From assembly GCA_038245295.1 (NCBI GenBank), contig JBBRSP010000003.1, positions 32,001 through 96,000 on the forward strand: a DNA stretch of 64,000 bases, read 5' to 3'. A model generated the notes under the pieces. The model did no database searches. It was not told the origin of the DNA and saw only the letters and a program-made list of their open reading frames with translations. Source of the DNA: Candidatus Binatia bacterium. Lineage in GTDB: Bacteria; Desulfobacterota; Binatia; HRBIN30. Position numbers and translations under genes: made by a program. This document shows, in pieces, positions 19,148-27,911 of the stretch (its first letter is position 1; every line of letters starts with the position of its first letter).

Positions 19148-20320
19148 CTACGACGCCACTTCCGCCGCCGGAGCGCGCCAGCGTGGGTTCTTGGACGACA
19201 TGTCGACGGCGTAGAACGAATCCCGGCGCGCCATCTCCGGGCCGTATTGGGTGCGCAGATAACGGGCGATCCACTTTTCGATCTTCAGAACGACAAGCTT
19301 GCGGCGCAGTCGCCCCTGCGTGTCGCGGTTGAGGATCGTTGGTAGGGTGTTCAAGGTGAGAATCTCGTCGATCGCCGGCACGGCCATGTTCTCGCGGCCT
19401 TCCTCGCTCGAGTAGAAGTGGCTGACACAGAACAACACGCGGCGCGGATGACCTTGGCGCAACGCCTGACAGGCCTTCACGATCGTCGAGCCGGTACGCA
19501 CCATATCGTCGAACACAACGACGTCTTTGCCTTTGAGGTCGCTGAGCGACACGGGCGAGTCGGCGGCGACCTGGATTTCGACCTGACGCTCGCCCGTTCG
19601 CTCCTTCGACAGCTTGCAAACCCCGGCGGCCGGCAAGGCCAACCGGGCATACATCTGTTCGACGAATTCCACGGCACCCTTGTCCGGCGCACACAAAACG
19701 AGGTTGGCGCCCTGTTTGCCGCATTCAACCACGTCGGAGTTCAACAGGTAGTGCGCATACACCTCGGCGGGAACGAGATTTTCGAAGCTGCCATCGAAGG
19801 TGCTGCGGAAGACGTCCTGCACGGAGCGCGAATGATTATGCACGGTGACCACAGCATCGACGCCGGCCGCCTTCAAGAGCTGCGCGTAGAGCAGGGCGCT
19901 GAACGGTTGACCGTCGAACTTCTTGAAGTCGGCGCTGTCGCGGACGTGGCTTGTCTTGCCCTGATGCGTCTGTGGGCCGCGATCCTGAGCCGAGTAGAAT
20001 AGGTCGGGCTCGACCAAGACCACTTTGGTAGCACCATTGTCCTTGGCGGCACGGGCAATCAAGAAGTTGCGCGTCGCCAGCGATTGGCGCCGATGATTGT
20101 CGCTGTCGACCGAGACGATGATGACCGTTGCGCCGGTCAGGCTGCCGCCGACATTGGTGCGATCGTGCTCGTCCGAGATGAAGCGCGGACAGAACTCGCC
20201 GTTGGCGAAGCTCTTGAGCGAGATGATGTCGGAGAGGTCGGCTGCCTGCCCGAACGAGTGGCCAACATCGATTGCGAAGGGATCCTCGGAGACGTTGCCG
20301 ACGATGATGACTCGACTCAT
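19148..20320 (-). CDS. Ribose-phosphate pyrophosphokinase-like protein (divergent)
   Basis: FANGE, YSAQDR, CAPDKGA, PRPP loop [21 protein letters not shown]. Confidence 0.8.
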   Translation of the reverse strand: MSRVIIVGNVSEDPFAIDVGHSFGQAADLSDIISLKSFANGEFCPRFISDEHDRTNVGGSLTGATVIIVSVDSDNHRRQSLATRNFLIARAAKDNGATKVVLVEPDLFYSAQDRGPQTHQGKTSHVRDSADFKKFDGQPFSALLYAQLLKAAGVDAVVTVHNHSRSVQDVFRSTFDGSFENLVPAEVYAHYLLNSDVVECGKQGANLVLCAPDKGAVEFVEQMYARLALPAAGVCKLSKERTGERQVEIQVAADSPVSLSDLKGKDVVVFDDMVRTGSTIVKACQALRQGHPRRVLFCVSHFYSSEEGRENMAVPAIDEILTLNTLPTILNRDTQGRLRRKLVVLKIEKWIARYLRTQYGPEMARRDSFYAVDMSSKNPRWRAPAAEVAS

Positions 20321-20484
20321 GGCGCGGTAGTAGCCAAGCCAGGGGCTTCCTCAAGGTGCGGGCGTCGCATTGCGTTCCAACGACCTTGACCGGGCTCGTG
20401 CCCGTGTATTATGAGCCAAGGAGCGGGACGCGAAGCGTTTCCCCACCAGTCGTTGACCGGCGGTGTCGCGGCGAAGGAGTTTTT

Positions 20485-21699
20485 ATGGCTTTGAAAGATT
20501 ACTTGTTTACCTCGGAGTCCGTCTCCGAAGGTCATCCGGACAAGATGTGCGACCAGATCTCGGACGCCATCCTTGATGCTCTGCTCGAGCAGGACCCGAC
20601 GAGCCGCGTCGCCTGCGAGAGCCTGGCCAAGACCGGCATGGTTGTTGTCGCCGGTGAGATCACCACCAATGCCAAGATCGACTACGCCCAAATCGTTCGC
20701 AAAGCCGTGCGCGACATCGGTTACACCTCGTCCGACATGGGCTTTGATGCGGATACCTGCGCCGTCCTGACCGCCGTGGATCGACAGTCGCCGGACATCT
20801 CGCAGGGTGTTACCGAAGGGGAGGGGCTGCACGCCGAACAGGGCGCCGGCGACCAGGGTCTGATGTTTGGCTTTGCCTGCGACGATACGCCGGAGCTCAT
20901 GCCGATGCCCATCATGATGGCGCATCAGCTGGTCAAGCACCTGGCCGACATCCGCAAGTCCGGCAAGTACGACTACCTGCGGCCCGACGCCAAGTCGCAA
21001 GTTACGGTAGAATACCGCGACGGCCGCCCGGCGCGTGTCGATGCGGTTGTCGTGTCGAGCCAGCACAGCCCGAGCGTCGAGCACAAGACGCTCGAAGCGA
21101 TGATCATCGAAGAAGTGATCCGCAAAGTCCTGCCCGCCGAATACATCGACAAGAATACCAAGTTTCACGTCAATCCGACCGGACGTTTCGTCGTTGGTGG
21201 CCCGATGGGTGACTGTGGTCTGACCGGCCGCAAGATCATTGTCGACACCTACGGCGGTTACGGCCGCCATGGTGGCGGCGCCTTCTCCGGCAAGGATCCG
21301 ACAAAGGTCGATCGCAGTGCCGCCTACATGGCGCGCTACATCGCCAAGAACATCGTTGCCGCCGGCTTGGCGAGCAAATGTGAAGTGCAGCTCGCCTACG
21401 CCATCGGCGTCGCCGAGCCGTTGTCGGTTCTGGTCGACTCCTTCGGCACCGGAACGGTGTCGGATACCAAGCTTGCCGAGTTGGTGCGTCAGCACTTCGA
21501 GATGAAGCCTGCCGGCATCATCAAGACTCTCGACCTGCGGCGTCCGATCTACCAGCCCACCGCGGCCTACGGCCACTTCGGCCGCACCCCGGAAGGTAAG
21601 CTGTTCAGCTGGGAACGCGACGACAAGGCGGAAGCATTGCGCAAGGCCGTCGGCGAGACCGCGGCACCGAAGCGCGTCGCCGCCGCGGCGGCAATGTAG
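20485..21699 (+). CDS. metK: S-adenosylmethionine synthetase
   Basis: [38 protein letters not shown]. Confidence 0.99.
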   Translation: MALKDYLFTSESVSEGHPDKMCDQISDAILDALLEQDPTSRVACESLAKTGMVVVAGEITTNAKIDYAQIVRKAVRDIGYTSSDMGFDADTCAVLTAVDRQSPDISQGVTEGEGLHAEQGAGDQGLMFGFACDDTPELMPMPIMMAHQLVKHLADIRKSGKYDYLRPDAKSQVTVEYRDGRPARVDAVVVSSQHSPSVEHKTLEAMIIEEVIRKVLPAEYIDKNTKFHVNPTGRFVVGGPMGDCGLTGRKIIVDTYGGYGRHGGGAFSGKDPTKVDRSAAYMARYIAKNIVAAGLASKCEVQLAYAIGVAEPLSVLVDSFGTGTVSDTKLAELVRQHFEMKPAGIIKTLDLRRPIYQPTAAYGHFGRTPEGKLFSWERDDKAEALRKAVGETAAPKRVAAAAAM

Positions 21700-21803
21700 G
21701 GCACACCCGTCGATTTGAACTTGAACGCCAACGAGAGCGTCCCACCCATGTGGGGCGCTCTCGTCATTTGTACCCTCGAGAATCAAAACGCGAGGTAGCT
21801 GGT

Positions 21804-23219
21804 TTGACTTCGTTCTCATCCATGTCTGCCCGTGAGCGGGCGCTCGGCCTTCTCGACCCGGGAAGTTTTGCGGTGATCGGTGAAGCTGGCGAAGCCTCGC
21901 CCTTGCTGACGGTTGGTGGCTTGATCGCCGGAGTACCGGTGACGTTGGCGCTGCTGGACGGGCACAAACATGGCGGCACGATCGGGCTCGACGAAGCGAC
22001 ACGGTTCGTCGAGGCGGCGGAGGCGATGAGCGCGGCGGCGGCCGCGTCGCGCGTGTTGATCCTCGGCTTCGACACCGGTGGCGTGCGTGTCGAAGAAGGT
22101 CCGCGAGCCTTGGCCGCGGCATCGGCCGCGGGAGTCGCCCTGGCGCGACTTTCGGTTCAAGGGATTCCACTGGTGTCGATCATCAGCGGCCCGCGTGGCT
22201 GTTTTGGCGCGCCGGCCGTGATGGCGGCGCTCCCCGAGCTGGTCATCATGACCGGTGATGCGAACTGGGGCATGACGGGGCCCCGGCTTTTTGGGGGCGA
22301 AGCCGGTGCGCCGCTCGCCGACGAGGCCAAGGCGGCGACCTCGGCGGCGAGTCGCCTGCGCAACGGTGATGCCCACGTGATTGTCGACGATTCGGCGGTG
22401 ACGATCCGCCGGCGGCTGAGTGAATTTGTCGACCGGCTGACCCAGCCACGGCCGCATCGGAGCCCGAAGGAATACATTGTCGCGAGTGCGTTGGCGACGA
22501 CGGCGATGCGCTCACGGCTGCGCGAGTATCATTTGCAACGACAGGAGCCGGTTGTTTCTCCGTCGCGCCGCAAACCGCGCGACATGCTGCGTTATTCGTT
22601 TCGTGGGCTGTGGGATCCGTCCGGTACGGTTCAGCGCGCCGGGTTGATTCATGCAGCGCTCGGGACCTTGGGCGGTCAGCGAGCCCTGGGATTGGTCATC
22701 GGTAGCGAGGCATCGGCGACCAAAGGGATCGGCATCGAAGAGGCGGCGGTTGTTACCGACATGTTGCGGCTGGCGGTCACGGAGAGCTCCGAACGCGCCG
22801 CCGTTCTGACGTTTCTATTTTGTCAGGGGCACGCCTTCGATGTCGATCAGGAACGTTTCGGTTTGCACCGCGCGCTTGCCGAGTGCCTGCGGGCACACAC
22901 GGCAGCTCGTGTGCTCGGCTATCCGAGTGTCGCCGTGCTCGGCGGCGGAACCTATGGCGCCGCATACCTGGCGTTGGCGGCGCCCAGCCATCGGATTCTG
23001 GCCATGCGTGGTACGTCGATTGCGCCCATGGCACCGCAGGTGTTGCGCGCTTTCCAGTCGCTGCGAGGCGCCAAGTCGGGCCACGAAGCGGGTAATCAAC
23101 TCGCCGAGCTGATCCCGGAGATACGCATCGTCGAAAGTGTCATCCGTCTGCCGCGCGTGCTGCGCGAGGAGCTCGAGGGTTTGCTGCGAACGGTGCAGGC
23201 CGACAACGCAGCGGCGTGA
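21804..23219 (+). CDS. Two-domain carboxyltransferase-fold protein resembling fused malonate decarboxylase beta+gamma subunits (MdcD-MdcE)
   Basis: N-half: SARERALGLLDPGSF, DTGGVRVEEG, GPRGCFG, GMTGP. C-half: GIGIEEA, QGHAFDVDQERFGLHRALA, ARVLGYPSVAVLGG...GAAYLA. TTG start behind GAGGT. Confidence 0.7.
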   Translation: MTSFSSMSARERALGLLDPGSFAVIGEAGEASPLLTVGGLIAGVPVTLALLDGHKHGGTIGLDEATRFVEAAEAMSAAAAASRVLILGFDTGGVRVEEGPRALAAASAAGVALARLSVQGIPLVSIISGPRGCFGAPAVMAALPELVIMTGDANWGMTGPRLFGGEAGAPLADEAKAATSAASRLRNGDAHVIVDDSAVTIRRRLSEFVDRLTQPRPHRSPKEYIVASALATTAMRSRLREYHLQRQEPVVSPSRRKPRDMLRYSFRGLWDPSGTVQRAGLIHAALGTLGGQRALGLVIGSEASATKGIGIEEAAVVTDMLRLAVTESSERAAVLTFLFCQGHAFDVDQERFGLHRALAECLRAHTAARVLGYPSVAVLGGGTYGAAYLALAAPSHRILAMRGTSIAPMAPQVLRAFQSLRGAKSGHEAGNQLAELIPEIRIVESVIRLPRVLREELEGLLRTVQADNAAA

Positions 23220-23277
23220 ACGCGGACAACGGTGTTGGGGTGTGACGCGTTCCCTAACCCCGTGTCCCATGGTGCTG

Positions 23278-24126
23278 TCATGGTGCCAATTCCGTGGCGA
23301 CGCGACCGGCGCCCGGGCGTATCGGAGTGCTGCCGTCCGGCAGCACCCATTGCGACGGCTGGCGGCGGAACGGCTGCGTCAAAATTGACAGAAGGCTGAG
23401 TTGGTTCGGCTCGCGATAGGCTGGTACGCCGATATCAATCTCTTGTTGCGGCACGTCGAGGCGTAGGGTGCCGTGTATCCGGTCCCACAACGTCAAGCCG
23501 CTTGACCAGTTGGAATCAGTTTCGTCGCGAATGATCGAGTGATGGATTCCGTGCAGGCGCGGCGTCACGATCAGCCAGCTGAGGCGGCGCTCGATCGCAA
23601 CGGGCAGGCATATGTTCGAATGGTGGAAGACGATTTCCAGAAAGAGCATGGTCTGCCACAGCGCCAGTGTGCTTGGCCCGATGCCGATCAAAGCAATCTG
23701 CGCCGCGCGCCACGGCACGGAGAGCACGTGTTCGCCGAAATGAAAACGGATGGCGGTCGACGCATCCATGTCGCGGTCGAGGTGATGGACGACATGAAAG
23801 CGCCATAGGAATGCGGCACGGTGATTGAGGCGGTGCCAAAGGTACAGGCTGTAGTCCATGAGCAGAAGGCCAACCGGCACGGCGAGTATGGGCGGCAGAC
23901 CGAGCCAACCAATCAACCCCGATCGGTGATCGGCTACCGCAACCGACAGCGGGTAGACGAGCGGTAGCTCGCAAAGCTGCACGGTGAGTGCGCCTAACCA
24001 ACCAAGCGCGACGTTGCGGCCGCTGCGAAGCCAGACCGACTCAAGGCGTTGCCGGAGCGGCCAACGCCACTCGGCCCAGACGATCAGTGCCGCGGCGAGG
24101 CCAATCAGTGGAAAACTCGCAGACAT
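23278..24126 (-). CDS. Sterol desaturase / fatty acid hydroxylase family protein
   Basis: His boxes YLWHRLNH, FHVVHH, FHHSN, HGIHH. Confidence 0.9.
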   Translation of the reverse strand: MSASFPLIGLAAALIVWAEWRWPLRQRLESVWLRSGRNVALGWLGALTVQLCELPLVYPLSVAVADHRSGLIGWLGLPPILAVPVGLLLMDYSLYLWHRLNHRAAFLWRFHVVHHLDRDMDASTAIRFHFGEHVLSVPWRAAQIALIGIGPSTLALWQTMLFLEIVFHHSNICLPVAIERRLSWLIVTPRLHGIHHSIIRDETDSNWSSGLTLWDRIHGTLRLDVPQQEIDIGVPAYREPNQLSLLSILTQPFRRQPSQWVLPDGSTPIRPGAGRVATELAP

Positions 24127-24188
24127 GGCCTGCGCATATCACGTGGGAAGTATTTGGCCATTCAGTCGCCTGCCTTAACTCTGCCCCC

Positions 24189-24210
24189 TGCCTAAGCCTT
24201 GCCTAAGCCT
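24189..24210. promoter_or_regulatory. 11-bp tandem direct repeat (TGCCTAAGCCT x2), possible response-regulator site
   Basis: Exact tandem copy in the divergent intergenic region, with a degenerate copy TGCCTTAACT at 24171. Confidence 0.4.
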
Positions 24211-24282
24211 GCGCCGCAGGCGCAACGAAGAATCGCGTTGACAACTGGGATGTTAGGACGTTTCATGCCGCACAGAGGTTTC

Positions 24283-26100
24283 ATGTCGATTTTGAGAGTA
24301 TTGCGGATCGCGACGATCATGATCTTGTTCGTCGCGGCACCGGTCCGTGCATCCTCCTACCGTCCCCACATCGTCAATGGCGTGGTCAGTGGCCAATTCC
24401 CCAGTGCCGGAGCATTGCTGATGGGCACGAGTGCCAATACGGCCCAGCTCGAATGTTCAGGGACGTTGATCGGGTGCGACACCTTCGTCACGGCGGCGCA
24501 CTGTGTTTGCAATGGTCTTGGTAGCCAATGCCAGGGCATTAATTCTCCCGCTTCCTATTTCGTCTTCTTCCAGAATGCAGGGTTCTTCAGCGTCACCAGT
24601 GTCACGGTGCGTTCGGACTTCAATTTCCCGGTCGGCGACGTGGCCGTGCTGAAGCTCGGCGCGCCGGTAACCGGGATCACGCCCATGCCGCTCAATACCG
24701 CCGCGACACCCGCGTTCGGCATGGCGGGATACATTGCCGGGTTTGGACGCACGGGCGGCAGCAACAATGACTACGGGGTCAAACGGATGGGTAGTGTCAC
24801 GACGGCGGAGTGTTCGACGGAATCGAATGTCACCTCCGTTTGCTGGGCGTTCAATGCGCCGCTTGGCGCGCCGGGGGCCCATTCCAATACCTGCAATGGC
24901 GATTCCGGCGGACCGCTCTTCGTCGACAACGGCAGCGGCCTGGTGCTCGCCGGTACCACCTCCGGGGGCTACCGTGACGACTGTCTCCTCGGTGATGAAA
25001 GCTACGACGCCAACATGTTTCACTATCACTCATGGGTTGAAAGCATCGGCGGCGCGGATGTCGGCACGACGGTCTGCAGCGACCTTCCGGTCGTCGGGTC
25101 GAGTGGCGCACGAGTGAGCTCGTTTGCCGGAACCTTGTCGACGAATCAAACAGCGACGCATATCTTCACGCTGCCATCGGGCATGAGTGACCTGCGCGTT
25201 ACGCTGAATGCCGAAGCCGACGTCGACCTCTACCTCAAGGCCGGAAGTGCCCCGACGACGAGCGACTACGATTGCAAGCAAGACGGCCCAACCGGTTTCG
25301 GCGCCTGCGCGATCAGCAGCCCGGCTGCCACGACATGGTACGCGATGGTCGTGCAGTACAGCGGCAGCGGCGTCTACCAGGTGACGGCGACGGCGTTTGG
25401 TTCGGATTGCTCTGATCCGATGAATGCCGGTCAGCCATGCGACGACGCCAATGCGTGCACGACCGGTGACGTCTGCAACGGCGGCGTCTGCAGCGGCAGC
25501 AACGTCGCCGACGGTTTGCCGTGTGACGACCGCAATGCCTGTTCGAACCCCGACGTTTGTCTCGCGGGCGCCTGTAGCGGTGGCACGGCGCCACGTGTTG
25601 GCTGTCATGCTCCGTTTGCCGCGCCGGCCGGCGTGGTGCGTTTGCGCCAGCCACTCGTGGGCGTGCCGCATCTGAGCTGGCGCTGGGTCAAGGGCGAAGC
25701 CACCAGCATTAGCGAGTTTGGCGCCCCGACGGTGTCGACGGCGTATGACCTATGTCTCTATTCCACGTCTGGTGCCTCGAGCTCGATCCTGTTGCAACAC
25801 CACGTCGCGCCGGGCGGCTTGTGCGGATCACGGCCGTGCTGGAAGACGACGCGTCATGGATTTCGCTACACGGATCGTGCGGCTGCCAATGGCGCTGTGA
25901 CCAACATCGAGCTGCACGATGGCAGTGACGGCAAAGCCATGGTCACCGGGCTCGGCAAAGGGGCGTTGAACCTACCACCGCTGCCGCTCGCAGGAACTCC
26001 GGCAATCACGATGCAGCTGACCAACGGCATCGCCTGCTGGGAAGCGAGCTACGGAGCCGGGATCAAGAATACGACCACTGAGTACCGCGCGCATCCCTGA
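24283..26100 (+). CDS. Secreted trypsin-like serine protease with PPC domain, Cys-rich repeats and a C-terminal accessory domain
   Basis: Signal peptide, IVNG, TAAHC, GDVAVL, GDSGGP; PPC-like ADVDLYLK; two CDDxNACxxxDVC repeats. Confidence 0.88.
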   Translation: MSILRVLRIATIMILFVAAPVRASSYRPHIVNGVVSGQFPSAGALLMGTSANTAQLECSGTLIGCDTFVTAAHCVCNGLGSQCQGINSPASYFVFFQNAGFFSVTSVTVRSDFNFPVGDVAVLKLGAPVTGITPMPLNTAATPAFGMAGYIAGFGRTGGSNNDYGVKRMGSVTTAECSTESNVTSVCWAFNAPLGAPGAHSNTCNGDSGGPLFVDNGSGLVLAGTTSGGYRDDCLLGDESYDANMFHYHSWVESIGGADVGTTVCSDLPVVGSSGARVSSFAGTLSTNQTATHIFTLPSGMSDLRVTLNAEADVDLYLKAGSAPTTSDYDCKQDGPTGFGACAISSPAATTWYAMVVQYSGSGVYQVTATAFGSDCSDPMNAGQPCDDANACTTGDVCNGGVCSGSNVADGLPCDDRNACSNPDVCLAGACSGGTAPRVGCHAPFAAPAGVVRLRQPLVGVPHLSWRWVKGEATSISEFGAPTVSTAYDLCLYSTSGASSSILLQHHVAPGGLCGSRPCWKTTRHGFRYTDRAAANGAVTNIELHDGSDGKAMVTGLGKGALNLPPLPLAGTPAITMQLTNGIACWEASYGAGIKNTTTEYRAHP

Positions 26101-26216
26101 AGCGCATCTGAGCCGTGACAGTGATCCATCTCGATGCATGCTAGCGGGTTGTCCGCAGATGAACGCAGCCCGGCCGTTGGCCGGAACCAACTCAGGCCAA
26201 CCAGCCCTTCACCTCC

Positions 26217-26503
26217 GTCATTCCGGCGAAAGCCGGAATCTCCCAAGCATTCCACAGTTTCCAATCGAGGATATTCCGGCTTTCGAGACTGTCATAAAAC
26301 CAAAGCGGAGCAACGTCATCCCGGTGAAAACCGGGATCTTCGCTTGCTGGAAGCCTCGAAAGCTGGCGAGATACCGGCTTTCGCCGGTATGACGGAAAGG
26401 TCTGCTCGGTTTCAAATTTGGCTTCCGAGTAGATCGACACACTCTTTCGCCGGGATGACGTTGCTTCAGGTCAGTTTATCGACAGTCTCTTTCGCCGGGA
26501 TCC
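26217..26503. repeat. Cluster of GTCATTCCGGCGAAAGCCGGAATC-type palindromic (REP-like) units
   Basis: Full copies at 26217-26242, 26315-26339 and (inverted) 26368-26393; half copies at about 26270-26284, 26445-26459 and 26490-26503. Confidence 0.85.
26285..26489. mobile_element. Putative MITE (~205 bp) with 16-bp imperfect TIRs and TTTC target duplication
   Basis: Left end GAGACTGTCATAAAAC; right end GTTTATCGACAGTCTC (reverse complement GAGACTGTCGATAAAC). TTTC at 26281-26284 and 26490-26493. Removing the element restores a REP-like palindrome. Confidence 0.65.
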
Positions 26504-26514
26504 ATGTCAAGATT

Positions 26515-27894
26515 CTACAGAAACGGCAGATCGAAGTCCGGCACCGTCCAATAGGTATTCGGACTGCCAATATCGGCAGGGAAGATGACCGAGGGGTCGG
26601 CAACGCTGAGCCAATGCTTGAGGATGGTGCCGAAGACGTCGCGGAAATCGGTCGAGCGGTACGGATCGGCAGAGTTCTGCGAGTACACCGTGTTCCCCTG
26701 GCTGTCGAGCGACGCGATGTTCGGGTGGTTGCCGTAAACGCTGCCGTTGACGCCGCCGCCGATGACGAACATCGGCGCCTGTGAGCCGTGGTCGGTGCCG
26801 GTGTCGTTTTAATTAACGCGACGACCGAACTCGCTCCACCAGACGACCAATACCTTATTGGCGATGCCCATGTTCTCGACGTCGGCATAGAATTGCTCGA
26901 CGGCGCGGCTGATCTCTTTGAACAGATTTGCCTGTCGCCCGGTTTCGGCGCCCTGGTTGGAATGCGTGTCGAATCCGCCTTTCGTGAGTTGGAAGAATCG
27001 CGCACAGACGTTCGTGTCGAAGCCATTCTCCACCGCGTAGATGATCTTGGCGATTTCGCGCAGGTTGTCGGCGGTGGCGCTGTTGAGCGATTCGTAGCCG
27101 TTGTTCCAGGTTGGGCGGTCGGCCAGGTAGATCGGTTCGATCGGTGGGTAGTGCTCCGATGCCGTCAGCGTCGCAGTGCCGGCATTGCCGATGAACTGGC
27201 GCGTCGCTTCTGCCGACAGCGAGGCGTCCTCGTGGAGCGCGGCGTAGGCGGCGCGCTTGTACGAGTCATCCGAGCTGTAGGCGCTGTCGTACGGGAAATC
27301 GAACGAGGCCAGGCTGCTCATGGCGATGACATTGGTGGTGCTCTGACTGAACTCGCGAGCAATCGACGTGCGCAGATTGACCGAACTGATGTCGGCCGCT
27401 CCATAGCCGGCGTTGACCAAGAAACGTCCAACCCAACCGGCGTTGCCGCCCAGCGTGTTGGTCGGATCCCCGATCGCCCACTTCTTGCGCGCTTCGTCAT
27501 GCGACAGGTTGGGGTTCGGATAGCCGCAGCCCTGGAAGACGGCGACCCTGCCCAGGTCATAGAGAGACTTGAAACCGTCGAGAGCCGGATGCAGAGCCAG
27601 CGCGTTCCCTGTGCCGGGGTCGTTGCTAATGCTCGACGCCGCCAGCGACGTCGTGGGAATCTCGAGCGTGTTGCGCACTGCCTGATAGGTGGCCCGCAGA
27701 GACCCCGAAGTTGGGATCACCGTGTTCAGTCCATCGTTGCCGCCGTCGGCGTTCAGGATGATCAAGTACTTGCCGCCCAACGCGTCGGCCATGGCGCGAC
27801 GCAGGAACGGGTTGCGCGCCAGAGCCGGGCTGAGAAAACTTCCCGCCGTGAGAAGGCTGGTACGCTTGAGGAACTGTCTTCGTGAAAGTGACAT
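26515..27894 (-). pseudogene. DUF1501 family Tat-exported protein interrupted by an in-frame TAA at 26809-26811
   Basis: MSLSRRQFLK Tat motif; GGNDGLNTVIP, PNLSH, GGFDTHSNQ. SEFGRRVN*NDTGTDHG reads through in frame to STDFRDVFGTIL...LPFL. Confidence 0.8.
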
Positions 27895-27911
27895 GACGTT
27901 TCTCCTGCCCT

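Noticed and set aside
20413..20484. Possible SAM riboswitch upstream of metK
   Set aside because: Only small hairpins; I cannot match SAM-I, SAM-II or SAM-SAH consensus elements by eye. An Rfam/Infernal scan would be decisive.
26217..26503. CRISPR array
   Set aside because: Units alternate orientation, are degenerate or halved, spacing is irregular and there are no cas genes. Better explained as REP/MITE.
26134..26784. ORFs of 70-216 aa over the repeat cluster
   Set aside because: Products are translations of palindromic repeats or antisense to the DUF1501 gene.
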